Of a stretch of 64,000 nt of DNA, positions 38,801 through 54,492 are shown piece by piece. Origin of the DNA: the human T2T-CHM13v2.0 reference genome, Homo sapiens; NCBI RefSeq assembly GCF_009914755.1, contig NC_060936.1. One strand, written 5' to 3'. The position numbers and the translations under genes were made by a program. Below the pieces are notes generated by a model. It was given only the letters and a program-made list of their open reading frames with translations, did no database searches and was not told the DNA's origin. The first letter of the stretch is position 1. Every line of letters starts with the position of its first letter.

Positions 38801-40019
38801 TCAAAAAAATTTACAGTCCACACGACCTAAAGGACTGTTATGTAGAAAGGAAATTATATCCATTTGAATAGTAGGACCTCAAGTGATAGAACAAAGACTG
38901 GAGAAGAAATTTACAGGAATGTTCATTTGGTCTTAATTTAAGGAAGATGTTAAATAAGACCCATTACATGTAGCATGATGTTTTTACTACTCAGGCCAGT
39001 TTTAGTGGTCACATCTTCTTAAGGTGTAATAGGCAGCCTCAGAAGTTACTGTGGTCTTGCTCACTGGAAATGATACACAGACAGTTTAAGGGACTTGCCC
39101 CAGACCACACGGCAAGAGGTGAATGTCAGAACCTCTTTGAGTACATTTTAAAATAAGGACTGAAAGTTGGAGGAGGGTGGTTATCAAGGCTGCCTTCCTT
39201 ACCATAGTATTCCCAGCATTAACAAAATCCTTGGCATGTAATTGGAATTCAGATGCTTCTTAAATAAATGAAAAGCCTGTTGTAGCCAGCTTACAGTTTG
39301 CATTAATGCAGATTATTAAAGTGGAAGATCATAAATGATTTTTTATTAATATTTATGTCTATAATCTTAGGTTTGGAAAACATTATTCATTCATAATAAT
39401 TTTAATTATATGTTACATTACCACATTTTTGACTTGTAGTGTTTTTAGCATAGTTCAGCTACAGTGTAGCTTAATAAAGAATATGATTTTTTAAAATAGC
39501 AATGCTATTATATAGCCTTTACAGAACTTCTAAAAAATGACATGTTCTCTACCACCTTAATACTGAAACTCAAATCTTATTTTTTGCTACGATTATTCCA
39601 GCTACTCTTTTTTGTCTATATTTCATTTCTGACCTTTTTATGTTGTGGTCCAAGTAACTCTGAGCTTTTCTCATGTTGTCCATTGTTGCATAAAAATCTT
39701 CCAGCATCTTAAAGCACAGCCTACTCACACAAAAAAGTGATTGTTTGCTACAGAAAATTTCTTCACCATCGTAATTTTTTGCTACTTCAAATTCAGTAAG
39801 CATTCTTACACATTATATTTATTTTATATTCAGTGATGAACTATTTTTATAGATTCCTTAAAATTTCTGGTTATTTATTTGATAAGGAAACATGTACTAG
39901 AAAAAAGTACAACACATATATTGTGAGATTAATTATGACAATTTCTAGAAAGTAACAGTCTGTTCAACTCAAATGTTTATAAGAAAATTCTTTCTTTATT
40001 TATTTATCTGTGCATTTAG

Positions 40020-40132
40020 GCATGCCAGAAGAATCCAGGGAGGATACAGAATTTCATCATAAGCTAAATATGGTTAAAAAACAGTGTTTCAAGAATGATA
40101 TTCACAAACTGGTCCTAGCAGCTTTGAACAGG
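40020..40132 (+). CDS. LRRK2: LRRK2 exon 14 (113 nt)
   Basis: atttag| GMPEESREDTEFHHKLNMVKKQCFKNDIHKLVLAALNR |gtatgt. Confidence 0.98.
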
Positions 40133-40555
40133 GTATGTTGAATATAAGTTTTCTGTATTTATACTATTAACTAAAATATTAAATTTGGAGAACTAGGGGC
40201 GCTTTTTCAGTCTAAGTTTTCTGTTCTCCGTTTGCTATGATAGGAGGAAGTCATGTGGTTAGAGACATAAGATGACAGTGGGGATGTGGGAAGTGAAAAG
40301 ATATGTACTAAGCTAAGTCCAGCTAAGTGTATTATCAATTATAGATGTAGGCAAGATTCTTTTGATTGCCAGTAACATAAATCCACTCTAGTTTGCTCAA
40401 CCAGAAAGAGAACCAAAGAGCCATATATGCAGCTAGACCTTGTGAGTCATGCTGGGTACTATGGCTGCTGTTTTCTCTTTCTGTCCTCTGGCTACTTGTC
40501 TTTCTTTTCTGGTCTCATAGTATATGGTTTAGCCCATGAAGACATACCAGTGTTA

Positions 40556-40972
<417 letters not shown>

Positions 40973-41531
40973 TTAGCATTTACATATCCATGTTCCTACA
41001 TTATAATTAAAGTATCCATAAATCATACTGAGTATGAAAAAGAGAAGAAGGGAATTACATTTAAATTGTGTAATGCAAAAAGTATTGGTGGAATTAAGAA
41101 GTTTTGGAAATTTTGCATAAGATGAATTGGTTCTTTATTAAAGATGTTAAGAATAAAGACATAATTAGTGTGAACATTTTTATAAAAGGAGGAGCCTATT
41201 TAAAATAATTAATGGAAATGATTCCATGTGATTTGATATACTTTGATGAATGTCATAAATTAATTAAAGTGGCTTCCAGAGAGATCTCCCTTAAAAATTC
41301 ATTTTAAATTGAACTTTATACTGTCACTCACTGCCTATAATATGTTTGAGTCATTTATACTCAAACTTTAATACAATCCTTGAGTATGGCAAGAATTTAT
41401 GTTGTAATGGGTTAAATTTATCTTGAGAAATATTTGTTGAAAATAAGTATATGGAAGGAAGGGGTTAGGCATTTAGAAGATAAATAAATATGCTTTGTAC
41501 TCTTCTCTCCTGAATCTCATAAGCCGGTTGT

Positions 41532-43537
<2,006 letters not shown>

Positions 43538-45510
43538 TTGTGAGAGGATTAACAACTGTGCATAAAACCAGTTGTTCTACATGAGCACTTAGGAGGGATA
43601 CCAGCATTGTGAACATAGTTTAAGTACGTAGAGGAGGGAACAGTTAAGTTTATTCATGGTGAGTGTTGGTGAAAAGTGGAAGAGGTACCAAAACAGCCGT
43701 ATAGATAACTGGTTCCAGTTAGCCAACATTCTCTAAAGTTATTAGAGAAGCCTAAGTGAGGTGTAACCTCAGCAGTCGGGAGCCAAGAGAGCAAGTAAGT
43801 GCTGTGATGTGGAGAAAATCACTTTGTTCCAACTGAGAAGAAATGGTTGAGCACTGCTTTTCCCCCATGCCAGTACTGACGCACAGCCTTTCACTTAGCA
43901 CTGATTATCGATAGGGGTGGGGAGTTAAGGTATGGGGAAACACAAGTAACAATATTTTATTTCAAAAACCTCTCCACTGTAATTCCCCTAATCCTTCATC
44001 ATGGTTGAGGAAAATGGCTCTAAAAAATGAGAGCAATTACTGTAGCTCCAAAATTCTGTGATTGCATGTCTTACTCTGAATAGCAATTACAAAGCATCAG
44101 AGGATTTAGGTCCAAATATTGCAGACACAAGAAAATGAATTACATTTTAATACATCTAAACTTGGAGAGCAGAGTTCCAAATAAGGTAGAACTTGAGATT
44201 CAACTCTGATTTATAAAGCAGAGACTAAGAAGAGTATTTATAAAGCGAATCCATGTTTGGATACATAAAAGTGCAATAAAATTCAAGCTGAAGTTAAAAT
44301 CTCTGTCTAGAACAGCGATGTTCCATTTATGCCTGATCCTTTTAGCTTTTCCACAGATGAAGACTTTGTCACCTGTTCCAGAGAGATATATTTGTTCATT
44401 ATTGTTTCCAGAGAGCAAAATGGAAAATAAACTCTGCACATTTTGGCCGCATCTGTGTTTTATATGCGGTGACACTCCTGTTCTCTTCAGTGAGGAAATC
44501 CAGTAAAGTAAAACCAGTCTTCTGATGAAATGGGCACAAATCAAAGAACTTGTGAGCTTCACAAAAACCTTGAAGCAAAATATACCAAGCTTAAATATTG
44601 AATGTATTGATTTCAGTAGTCAAAAACAGAGCTCATCTGCAAAAGCAACAACAACAATGACAACAACAAATTACATATAAGTAAAATTTAAAAAAGGTTT
44701 ACAGGATGAATATACAGAAAACTATGAAGCTTAGGGGTAGAGAGGAGTAGTTGAATATATGAAAAGATACATCTTTTTTGATGAAGGACTAAATTTTTAA
44801 AAATGAAAATTGATCTATGTTTATGAACCATTAGTAAAAATAACAATAGTATTTTCTGGAACTAAGTAAGCTAGTGTAAAATTTGTATGAAAAAATTAAT
44901 ACATATGAGTAATCAGGAGAATTTTAAAAAAGAGTGTTGATTCATATGGCCTAACTCCAAAAGATAATCAAATGTATTATACAATTTTAGTAATTATAAT
45001 GGTGTGATACTGGCACTAGGGGAGAGAGATCAGTGCCACAGAAGGGTGGCTCAGGAAATAGACTCAAATAAAAATTTGTAATGTTATGATATTCCTCGAC
45101 TGCGGGAGGAAAATAGATTACTCAGTTACTTGTGTTGGAACAACTAACTCTTCAGCCATTTGGGAAAAGCAAAGAAAGCTGAATATTTATCTTACTCCTT
45201 TTGCCAAAACAAATTACAGATGGATGAGATTTAAAGTCTATAATGAAATTGGTATATGTACATATTAAAAGTTTCAACTATAATTGTTATTAACGTAAAT
45301 GACAACGGAACACCTTGTTGGAGGGAAATTTGGTAATATCTATCAAAATTAAAATGCCATGTTTTCTGATCAGCAATTTCATTCTAAGAATTTTTAATGT
45401 AGATATACTTGCTCATGTACATAAAGATTATTAGACATGAATGTTCACTGTGGCATGATTCGTAATTAAAAATGTGGCAACAAACTAAATGCTTACATGG
45501 TAATCATTCA

Positions 45511-45855
45511 TGCTGTTTGCCAGATATTTTTATTTCTCCACCTTGTGGTGATTCTGGCATAGTATTTAGTAGTTAGGTTGAAGCATGTGACTAATTTTGG
45601 TCAGGGAGTTGTAAATGGAGGGAATAGCTGGTGAGACATCTTGCGGAATACTGTCTCAGGTACCATCGTACCTGCAGTGTTTGAGATAGTAGTTGCTCCA
45701 TCAGTAGAGGTCCCTGAGGGACTACAACAAGCAGAGTCCCCTCCTGACCTGCAACACATATGTAGCATGAGCAATAATGGAACTTATTATTTTTGCACCC
45801 TATAAAATTTTGAGAATTGTTACTGCAGCTTAATTTAATCTTTCCTGACAATACA
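45511..45855 (+). mobile_element. MLT1-type (MaLR) LTR fragment
   Basis: catgtgactaattttggtca...gcagagtcccct...tgtagcatgagc...tgttactgcagc...tcctgacaataca is a typical MLT1 3' end. Confidence 0.65.
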
Positions 45856-46169
45856 ATACCTATCAATAGAGACTAATCAGATAAATTATACCATTTCCAA
45901 ATTGTATCATCCTGCATAAATATTAAAAAACAATGAGGTGAGATTCCTAATGTGCTGCTATGGAAAAATCTTCAATTTTCTATGTGTACGAATGTATTTC
46001 CCAGGTATTCGTTTTTTCCTTCCTGTATGTTGACACATTATGCACACTTTTGGATGAAATTAATATATTTCCACCGCTTTATGTCCTCTCCCTCACTTTT
46101 ATCACCCAATTGTAGCAAAGTATATGTTTGCTTTTATAGCTTTAGCTATATAAAATTTTCTAATAGCTA

Positions 46170-46400
46170 AGTTTGTGGTTCCTGGAATTAAGATATCTGA
46201 ATTTAAATCTAACACTACTACCTACAGACTATGCACCCTGGACAAGTACTTAATGTCTTGGTTTTGTTATGTATAAAATGGAGATAATAACTGATTTTTC
46301 ACTTAGAGTTGTTGAATATTTTATAAGATAATTCATGAAAAAGTGTCAGTATAATGCTTGGCACATAGTATGCGCTCAATAAATGTTAATGTTATTACTA
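46170..46400 (+). mobile_element. MIR
   Basis: ctggacaagtacttaa...tataaaatggagataataa...cttggcacatagtatgcgctcaataaatgttaat. Confidence 0.75.
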
Positions 46401-47174
46401 TTAGATTTAAAAGTATCTTTTGACCCCTGGCTATAGAAGATGAGGAAATCAGAGTATTTGCACTTCTAATATCTCCTGTTTTCCCACCTACTTTTGTTCA
46501 ATAAATTAACTCCACATTGGCAGGGTAGATAATATTTATATTCAGCTTTCTAATTATGCTTTCTAAGTTTGTGTTTATCTTACTCCTACCGTTATTTGGA
46601 AGCAGTCTTCATCTCAAGTCCTTTTGTTACTGTTTTTTCACTCATCTTTTAGTTGTCTGAATTTCTTTAGAAAAGTTTAATTCCCTGAATATTTAATGTT
46701 TATATTTTGTTGTTGTTTTTGCCTTTATATTTGGACTCCTAAAAAAAGTTTTGTTGGTTGTAAAATATTGTTTTTTTTTCCTTGAAGTGTTTGTAGGCAT
46801 TTCACTGTGTTCTAGTACTGAATGTTTTAGTGGAGAAGTCTGAGGCCAGCTTCATTTGTTTCTTGGATATTTTTGCCCAGTGCTGAAAGGATTTTTTCTC
46901 TTGAAATCCATCCACTTTATTAGGGTATATCTCAATGTTAGTCCTGGGATATGGTATCCTCATTCTAGCTATACATTCAACTTTTTTCCTGGAAAGTTTT
47001 CTTGAGTTGCATCTTTATATACATATACATACACGAATACATATACATGGTAAAGATATTAAGGATAAAGATAGGTGCTTTATAAATACCAATTTGATAT
47101 AATTTTGGCATGAAAAAAAGCCTGTGGTGCATTCTGAGTTTGGAAGTAGAACTGGATATACTTACTTATTACTA

Positions 47175-47307
47175 TTGTTTTTAATACAAAAATGGAGACA
47201 GGGTCTCACTATGTTGCCCAGGCTGGTCTCAAACTCCTTGACTCAAGCAATCCTGCCTCGACCTCCCAAAGTGCTGAGATTACAAATGTGAGCCACCGTG
47301 ACCAGCC
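47175..47307 (-). mobile_element. Alu monomer (FLAM-like)
   Basis: gagacagggtctcactatgttgcccaggctggtctcaaactcc...cccaaagtgctgagattaca. Confidence 0.85.
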
Positions 47308-50300
47308 TAAATATCTAAATTTTTCTCTTTCATTATTTTAGCTCTCTTCTTTGGGGCTATCAGTCATATGATGTTGGATCTCTTTTGCCTTAATCTTCTA
47401 ATTTTTCAAAGACTAATCCAGAGACCACTATCTATCACCATGCCATTACTCATAGACAAGGGACATCATTCCACACATTTAGCTTATTTGTCAAAATCAG
47501 AGATGGGATTTATAAAAGAAAAAGAATAAAGGGAGAAAACAAAACACAAATTATCTGGGAATGCGAGTCTGTTTTCCTTTCTTTGGCTAATCTACTTACC
47601 TAGTAGCTAGGAAAGAGGCCAGCATGAGTATTTTTCCATTGAGCTGGCTAGCTCAGTCATTGGAGAAACCATTTCAATATTTATGGATTCTCTGAAAAAA
47701 ACTTGGAGAGTAAAAAAGCATAGGTGGTAGGATGCTGCCATCCTTCTGTTGGCATCTCCAGAGTTTCACTTGAAAAACACCTCCTAAGTAGACACTGATA
47801 AATTGATTTTAATCCCTATTTGAGCACCAATGCAATACATTACTATTTCAAGATGGAGCATTAGATAACTAAAGGAAATTCTATTGTGGGCTTGTAAATA
47901 TCATGATAGTCATACCTATGTAATACATATATGTATATATAAATATTAATTTTTAAACATTTACTTAGCTATTAAAAATCAAATGCTCATATTTAAAATT
48001 ATTGGTTTATTAATGCACCATCACATGTTATCATGTGATACTCTGAATTCTCTTTTTGCATAGACAAATCAGAGATTACCTGCTGCAAGTCATTAGTCAT
48101 CATTAACCTGTACTGAAATGGTTAGAGCCTAGGGGAGTTCCAGGTAAAAGGACCAGTAATGAGTAGAAGCTTGTTAGATGTAGAGATATTGAGGACAGAG
48201 ATAGGTGCTTTATAAATATCAATTTGATATAATTTTAGCATAAAAATAAGCCTATGATGCTCTTTGAGCTTGGGAGTAGAAGTGGATATGTAATTTTCAG
48301 GGCGTAGTATAAAATGGAAATGCACACTCCTTGTTTGAAAATTATTAACGATTTTACAAGGGTGACAACAGAGCATTGAAGCAAGTGCTCTGTGAGCATG
48401 AAGCCCTGTGTGAAATACACACCTGTGAAGCTGGCCTTGCCTGCCAAACAGGAATGCTGGTACTGTTAATCAAACAGAAAGTTCAGAATGACAATCTGAC
48501 TTTTTTTTGTAGAAGATACTAAACTTTTGGCCTTGAATATCTGAATTTAAGATACTGGTATCAAGCCAAAAGAAATTTGGGCTTAGAACTTGAAAGATTT
48601 AAACTTGTGCTTTGACTTGTGTGCTCACAGCTCTCTGTGTCACAATTTTTTTCATCTGTACTTCGGGACAACAATAGTGTGTCGACATCACAAAGGTTTT
48701 GGGAGGATTAAGTAGGTGAATACATATGAAGTTCTTAAAAGAATGTCTGGCACTGAGTGAGTGCTACCTCGGTTTTGGCATCGTTATTGTGGTCATTGCT
48801 ATTGTTATTATGACTTGAAGTCATATTAGTGTATGAAATCCCATCCATGAATAGAAGACAGAAAGAACTTTGGGCAGGGTTTGGAGGTAAAAGAAGACAT
48901 TGTAAAGGAGATGGGTAAAGGAATGATTTTAAAGACTGAGAATAATTAGGGGAGTACGATGTCATGGAAATTAAGGGATGATAAGCACCAATTAAGTTGT
49001 TATTGGACTTTTTTCTTTGAATGGTTCAAATTCAGAATAATAAGGAAAGAAGTCTGATTATACGAAATTAAAGGGTAGGGTGACTGTGGAGGTAGTGGGA
49101 GTTGACTTTTCTGCTAATAAGTTTAGAAATAAAGGAAAAATGGTAGCTTGAGGAAAGAGAGGAGCGATTAAGGGAAAGTCTCTCGTTAACTCTTGTTTTT
49201 CATCTCTGAGGACAGCGCTTAGCCCAAGGCCTGACCTGTGATCATTACTCTCTCAAGGTTTATTCCATGGACAGAGCTATCTCATTTCATGCTTATAACA
49301 ACCCTACATTATTAGAATTGTTTTAGAGATGAGGAAGCTGAGACACACACCAAACCAGCCTTCCAATTTCACTTTGCACAACTTTGAATTTCTTTATATT
49401 TCTTGAATAAAAGTTCCACTTTTTAACTTACCACTTCTTAGCAGTCATTGTCTAACTGAGTAATTGTTACTTCATTCATTTAATGGTTCTCAGATTCGCA
49501 TAATTTGAACCTAAATTTAATTGGCCTCCAAGCTGATGTGCTTACAGAAACAGTGACAGGAAACAAAAATGTCAAGGGAGACTATGTATTATTAAGATGA
49601 TAAATGAAATGATGTCCAAGCTGAGCAATTAAAGTGTGAAGTAGAAGGACACAGGGTGAGAAACTGATGCTTCTCCTCAGCCTCTATAAAAAAGATACTG
49701 AATAAAGATAATTGAGAGGCATTAGGGGACTAGACTGAGAAAGGATTGGAAATCTGTTCACTGAGAGTACAGAAATGAGGAAGCTTGGAAGGCAGAAGAT
49801 TTTGGTCAAAGACGTCTGGCTTGAAGCTATTTCAGCTCTTTGGATTATCTGTGGTGGAGGCCATCACGTCTTTGGAGTGGAGGTACCATGAAACTAGTGT
49901 CTGCAAAACATCATCTAAATGAAAGCAAAATTCCTGAGAAGGATGGCACTATAATTTTTAAAAGAAAAGCTATGAGTTAAGCATTCATATCAAGGTAGAT
50001 GTTTGGAGTGTATTGCTTGTGTGTGAAAAGGCAGAGATGACCAGAATAAGAGTTAGAGGTATGCTGCGTTTTCTTCTTGGTTGATGAGTAGGATGGCCTG
50101 GACAAAGAAGTGACCTCTAGTAAAATACCTTCATAGTGTCAAATCATCTGGAGGAAATTCAGATTAAAGAGGTTGGATGATGTCGTAATTAAGATCCTGG
50201 GCTTTTAAGGTGGACACATTTATATTCAAGTCCCAGGCCCAATGCATATTAGCTCTGTTACTTGAGCTTTTATTTCTGCATCTTTAAAGTTTGGCAAACC

Positions 50301-50813
50301 TATTACATGAAGCTGTTGAGGGGATAAATGAAATAACGCATGCAAAGCACTTGCAGTAAAGACTAATTATCAATATTTTATTTGTTAAGAGGCAGCATTG
50401 CGTTTTACTGGTCAAGTATGTAGACTCTGGGGTGAAACATATTTGGTTTGGTTTCATCTCTGCAATTTATAGTTTGTGTAGACTTTGAGAATAGTTCTCA
50501 ATCATTCTAACCCTCAGTGAATTCATCTTCTAATGGGAGTGATATCAGTATGGATTTCATGAGATTATGAAAAGAAAATGCCTACAAAGTATTTATTACA
50601 ATGCCTGGCACAGAACAAGCTCTCCTTAATTGTAAAAATGCTAACTCTTATTCTTCATAATAAATAAAAGTAATTAATGTTATAGAAAACAAAATCAAGG
50701 ATACTGATTTATATTTGGATTACTTGATTTATATTTTGTCAGTCTATAACTGGTCTTAACTAAGGTAAGTATTAAGATCTCATTTTTAACAGCGAGTATT
50801 CTTTTGATTTTAG

Positions 50814-50958
50814 TTCATTGGAAATCCTGGGATTCAGAAATGTGGATTAAAAGTAATTTCTTCTATTGTACATTTTCCTGATGCATTAGAGATGTTATCC
50901 CTGGAAGGTGCTATGGATTCAGTGCTTCACACACTGCAGATGTATCCAGATGACCAAG
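50814..50958 (+). CDS. LRRK2: LRRK2 exon 15 (145 nt)
   Basis: ttttag| FIGNPGIQKCGLKVISSIVHFPDALEMLSLEGAMDSVLHTLQMYPDDQ |gtcagt. Confidence 0.98.
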
Positions 50959-51084
50959 GTCAGTACAATTTGAATTCAGGATTTAGAATAGATTTTTGTA
51001 GGGCATTAGCTGGTGACTGGATGTCTTTAAATATTTTTCTTCAGTTTTGAGATTTAAAACAATTCTTTTTTTTTATTTTCCTAG

Positions 51085-51224
51085 AAATTCAGTGTCTGGG
51101 TTTAAGTCTTATAGGATACTTGATTACAAAGAAGAATGTGTTCATAGGAACTGGACATCTGCTGGCAAAAATTCTGGTTTCCAGCTTATACCGATTTAAG
51201 GATGTTGCTGAAATACAGACTAAA
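51085..51224 (+). CDS. LRRK2: LRRK2 exon 16 (140 nt)
   Basis: tcctag| EIQCLGLSLIGYLITKKNVFIGTGHLLAKILVSSLYRFKDVAEIQTK |gtatgt. Confidence 0.98.
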
Positions 51225-51843
51225 GTATGTGCATTATCTTGGAAAGAATTTGGGAACTTGTGCGAATTTCACTTTTGGAGCAGTTTGTGTAATTCCCACT
51301 TTGCATGAATGGGGTATTCTAGTTAATGGAAAACCATTTATCCTTTTGTAGTATTTTAATTATACAAGCAAAGAAAATTGGATTGAATCTCTAAAGATCC
51401 AGTGTTTCATTATGAAATCTCTAAAGTCAGCATGGTTATTCACCATTTATCTTGCCCATAAAAGTTCAGAGAATGTGCTAAGAAATCCCAGCTAGCTGAG
51501 TTTATTCGCTTAGATTTTAGATAAATAGAATTTATAAATATTCCAAAGTTTGTCACTCTCTGGGTTTTATTGCAGGTTGCTTACCTTTAGTAATTTTGCT
51601 TGTTGATTTTTTTCCTTGCAGTGAAAAAATGTTTTTAACATTTTTCATCAAGCAAAATTTAAAACATGATATATAATAACTGTCTTTGTAAGGAATTCAA
51701 GATACTGGCCTAGAGTTAGTTCACGGGAGATTAAGAATAAATTTGTTTTGTTTTGTTTTTTAATTGTAGCAAAACAAATAGTTTTTCTTCAAGAGTTTCT
51801 GCCTTGGTTGTGGAGTTTGCAACTTTCATAAACTACAAAGGAA

Positions 51844-52143
51844 TTTTTTTTTTTTTTTTGGAGACAGGGTCTCACTCTGTCACCCAGGCTGGAGTGTAGT
51901 GGCAGATTTCAGCTCACTACAACAGCTGCTTCCCGAGCTCAAGTGATTCTCTTGCCTCAGCCTCCTGAGTAGCTCAGACTACAGGCATGCACTCCCATGC
52001 CTGGCTAATTTTTGTATTTTTTGTAGAGATGAGGTTTCACCATATTTCCCAGGCTGGTCTCAAACTCCCTGGTCTCAAGCAATCTGTCCTGCTCAGCCTC
52101 CCAAAGTGCTGGGATTACAGGTGTGAGCCAAGGTGCCCAGCTG
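51844..52143 (-). mobile_element. Alu
   Basis: poly-T, ggagacagggtctcactctgtcacccaggc...gggattacaggtgtgagcca. Confidence 0.92.
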
Positions 52144-52527
52144 ACTCAGGAAATATTTTTTGTAACTGGCAGCATTGACCAGGAATAAAAATACCTGGTC
52201 TCTAATCTTTGCACAGACATTATCAGTAAATGAGAGAATATGTGTAAAGTTTTTTAAAAAATTATAAAGTTATGAACATACAAAATTCTTAGATTAATAA
52301 CAACAATGTGTTTTATAACTGCTTTTCATAATGTGCCTCAGGCTAGGCTGATTAAACCAAGATAGGATTGATTAAAAGTAATCTTAGGGAAAGGGAAGGA
52401 TTTTGTGCCGGTATGGAACTCTCAGTTACTCTGGATTAATTCATCTAGGCATAAATTTTAGAATCTCTATAGTAGAGTTTATGAACTAAATCTGGCCTGC
52501 CAACATATTTTATTTGTCCAGTTCAGG

Positions 52528-52826
52528 GTTTTGCTTTGTTTTTTGAGACAGAGTCTCACTCTGTTGCCCAGGCTGTAGTGCAGTGGCGCAGTCTCAGCTC
52601 ACATCACCCTCCGCCTCCTGGGTTCAAGCAATTCTCCTGCCTCAGCCTCCCTAGTAGCTAGGACTACAAGTATGCACCACCATGCTCAGCTAATGTTTGT
52701 ATTTTTAGCTGAGATGGGGTTTCGCCGTGTTGGCCAGGCTGGTCTCAAACTCCTGACCTCAAGTGATTCACTCACCTCGGACTCCCAAAGTGTTGGGATT
52801 ACAGGCATGAGCCACTGCACCCGGCC
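52528..52826 (-). mobile_element. Alu (AluS-like)
   Basis: gagacagagtctcactctgttgccc...gagccactgcacccggcc; cagttcag on both flanks. Confidence 0.92.
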
Positions 52827-53073
52827 TTCAGTTCAGTGTTTAAAAGTTTTTAATTCGAATGACGTACTTTCTGCACATTTGCATGGCCTGCTCTGCTGTA
52901 GCATTCACTTGTTTTCAGAGACCTCTGCTCTAGAGGCAGGTGGATCACCTGTCCCTCAGACATACATAAATTAAGGCTACTTTGCTTATCAAATATTAGT
53001 ATTCGTAGATACTCAGCATCATAAGAGTTCGAAGTAATAATTTTAATATTTAGATGACGTAAGTTAATTTAAA

Positions 53074-53355
53074 ATTTTTTTGAGATGGGGTCTCACTCTA
53101 TGGCCCAGGCTAGAGTGCAGTGGCACAATCTCGGTTCACTGCAACCTCTGCCTCCTGGGCCCATCCTCCTGGGTGGGCTCAAGTGATCCACCTCAGCCTC
53201 CTGAGTAGCTGGGACTACAGGTGCATGCACGGGTAATTTTAAAATATTTTTTATAGGCACAAGATTTTGCCATATTGTGCAGGCTGGTCTTGAATTCCTG
53301 GGCTCAAGCAATCCCACAGTGCTGAGATTACAGGTGTGAGCCATGGTGTCTAGCC
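53074..53355 (-). mobile_element. Alu (AluJ-like, rearranged)
   Basis: gagatggggtctcactct...gctgagattacaggtgtgagcca. Confidence 0.88.
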
Positions 53356-54118
53356 AATTTTATTAATATGTAATATTAGAGGTAATAAAACATTAAAAAG
53401 TTAAGATGATCCTTGGTGGCTTTACCCAACCTAAATAATACTAAAGTCAAAAGCCCAATCTTTCATTAAAACATCACATGAGTGAAGAGGACAGACTCTG
53501 GGGATGTGCTTAAGGTGGTTCTAAAAAAGTAACGGTGTTCTTTATAAATAACTTATTATTAGAATGTAATCCTCAGAGTGCCCTCAGCGCTTCTCAACTA
53601 CACTCAACATAAATGAAATCTAGGAGTCCACACTAGCCTTTCTGAGATAAACATTTCGGAAGACAGCGCAAAAAGCTGGGGGATATGCTAGGCTCTCTAG
53701 AGAACCTACTGTTCAATATTATAATACAAATTTTTACTCTATTGACCTGTTTGGATGTGTAGTTCTGCTGATCCAACCGCTTTAATCCTGTTTAATATCT
53801 GGGTTTCATCCTATAACTATGGCTTTAGACAAGCATCTTTGAAAACCAAATTTGAGGGTATTAGTTCTTTTTCCTGCTTTGCTACTGAATGGTTTGTTAA
53901 CTAGCATTTTATTCTCTGTGCCTGCTATATTTCTTAGTCATGAGAGAGAGAGGGAGTATTTATTTACAGGATAAATACTTTAAAGCACCAACCCAATATA
54001 TCTATAGTTAAATGAACATCCTAGGTATTGTTTCATATACAAACTCTCTCTGCTTTATACTGTTTATTCATTTTGCCTGTAATTGCTTATTTTATTATTT
54101 TTTTTCTTATACTTTTAG

Positions 54119-54247
54119 GGATTTCAGACAATCTTAGCAATCCTCAAATTGTCAGCATCTTTTTCTAAGCTGCTGGTGCATCATTCATTTGACTTAGTAA
54201 TATTCCATCAAATGTCTTCCAATATCATGGAACAAAAGGATCAACAG
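54119..54247 (+). CDS. LRRK2: LRRK2 exon 17 (129 nt)
   Basis: ttttag| GFQTILAILKLSASFSKLLVHHSFDLVIFHQMSSNIMEQKDQQ |gtacag. Confidence 0.98.
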
Positions 54248-54321
54248 GTACAGTGTTTTTCACTTGCATCCTAAATGTTATGTATTTATCTGACTCTAAT
54301 TCTCATTTCCACTCTTTTTAG

Positions 54322-54492
54322 TTTCTAAACCTCTGTTGCAAGTGTTTTGCAAAAGTAGCTATGGATGATTACTTAAAAAATGTGATGCTAGAGAGAGCGT
54401 GTGATCAGAATAACAGCATCATGGTTGAATGCTTGCTTCTATTGGGAGCAGATGCCAATCAAGCAAAGGAGGGATCTTCTTTAATTTGTCAG
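54322..54492 (+). CDS. LRRK2: LRRK2 exon 18 (171 nt; start of ankyrin region)
   Basis: tttttag| FLNLCCKCFAKVAMDDYLKNVMLERACDQNNSIMVECLLLLGADANQAKEGSSLICQ |gtaaat; intron 17 is only 74 nt. Confidence 0.98.
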
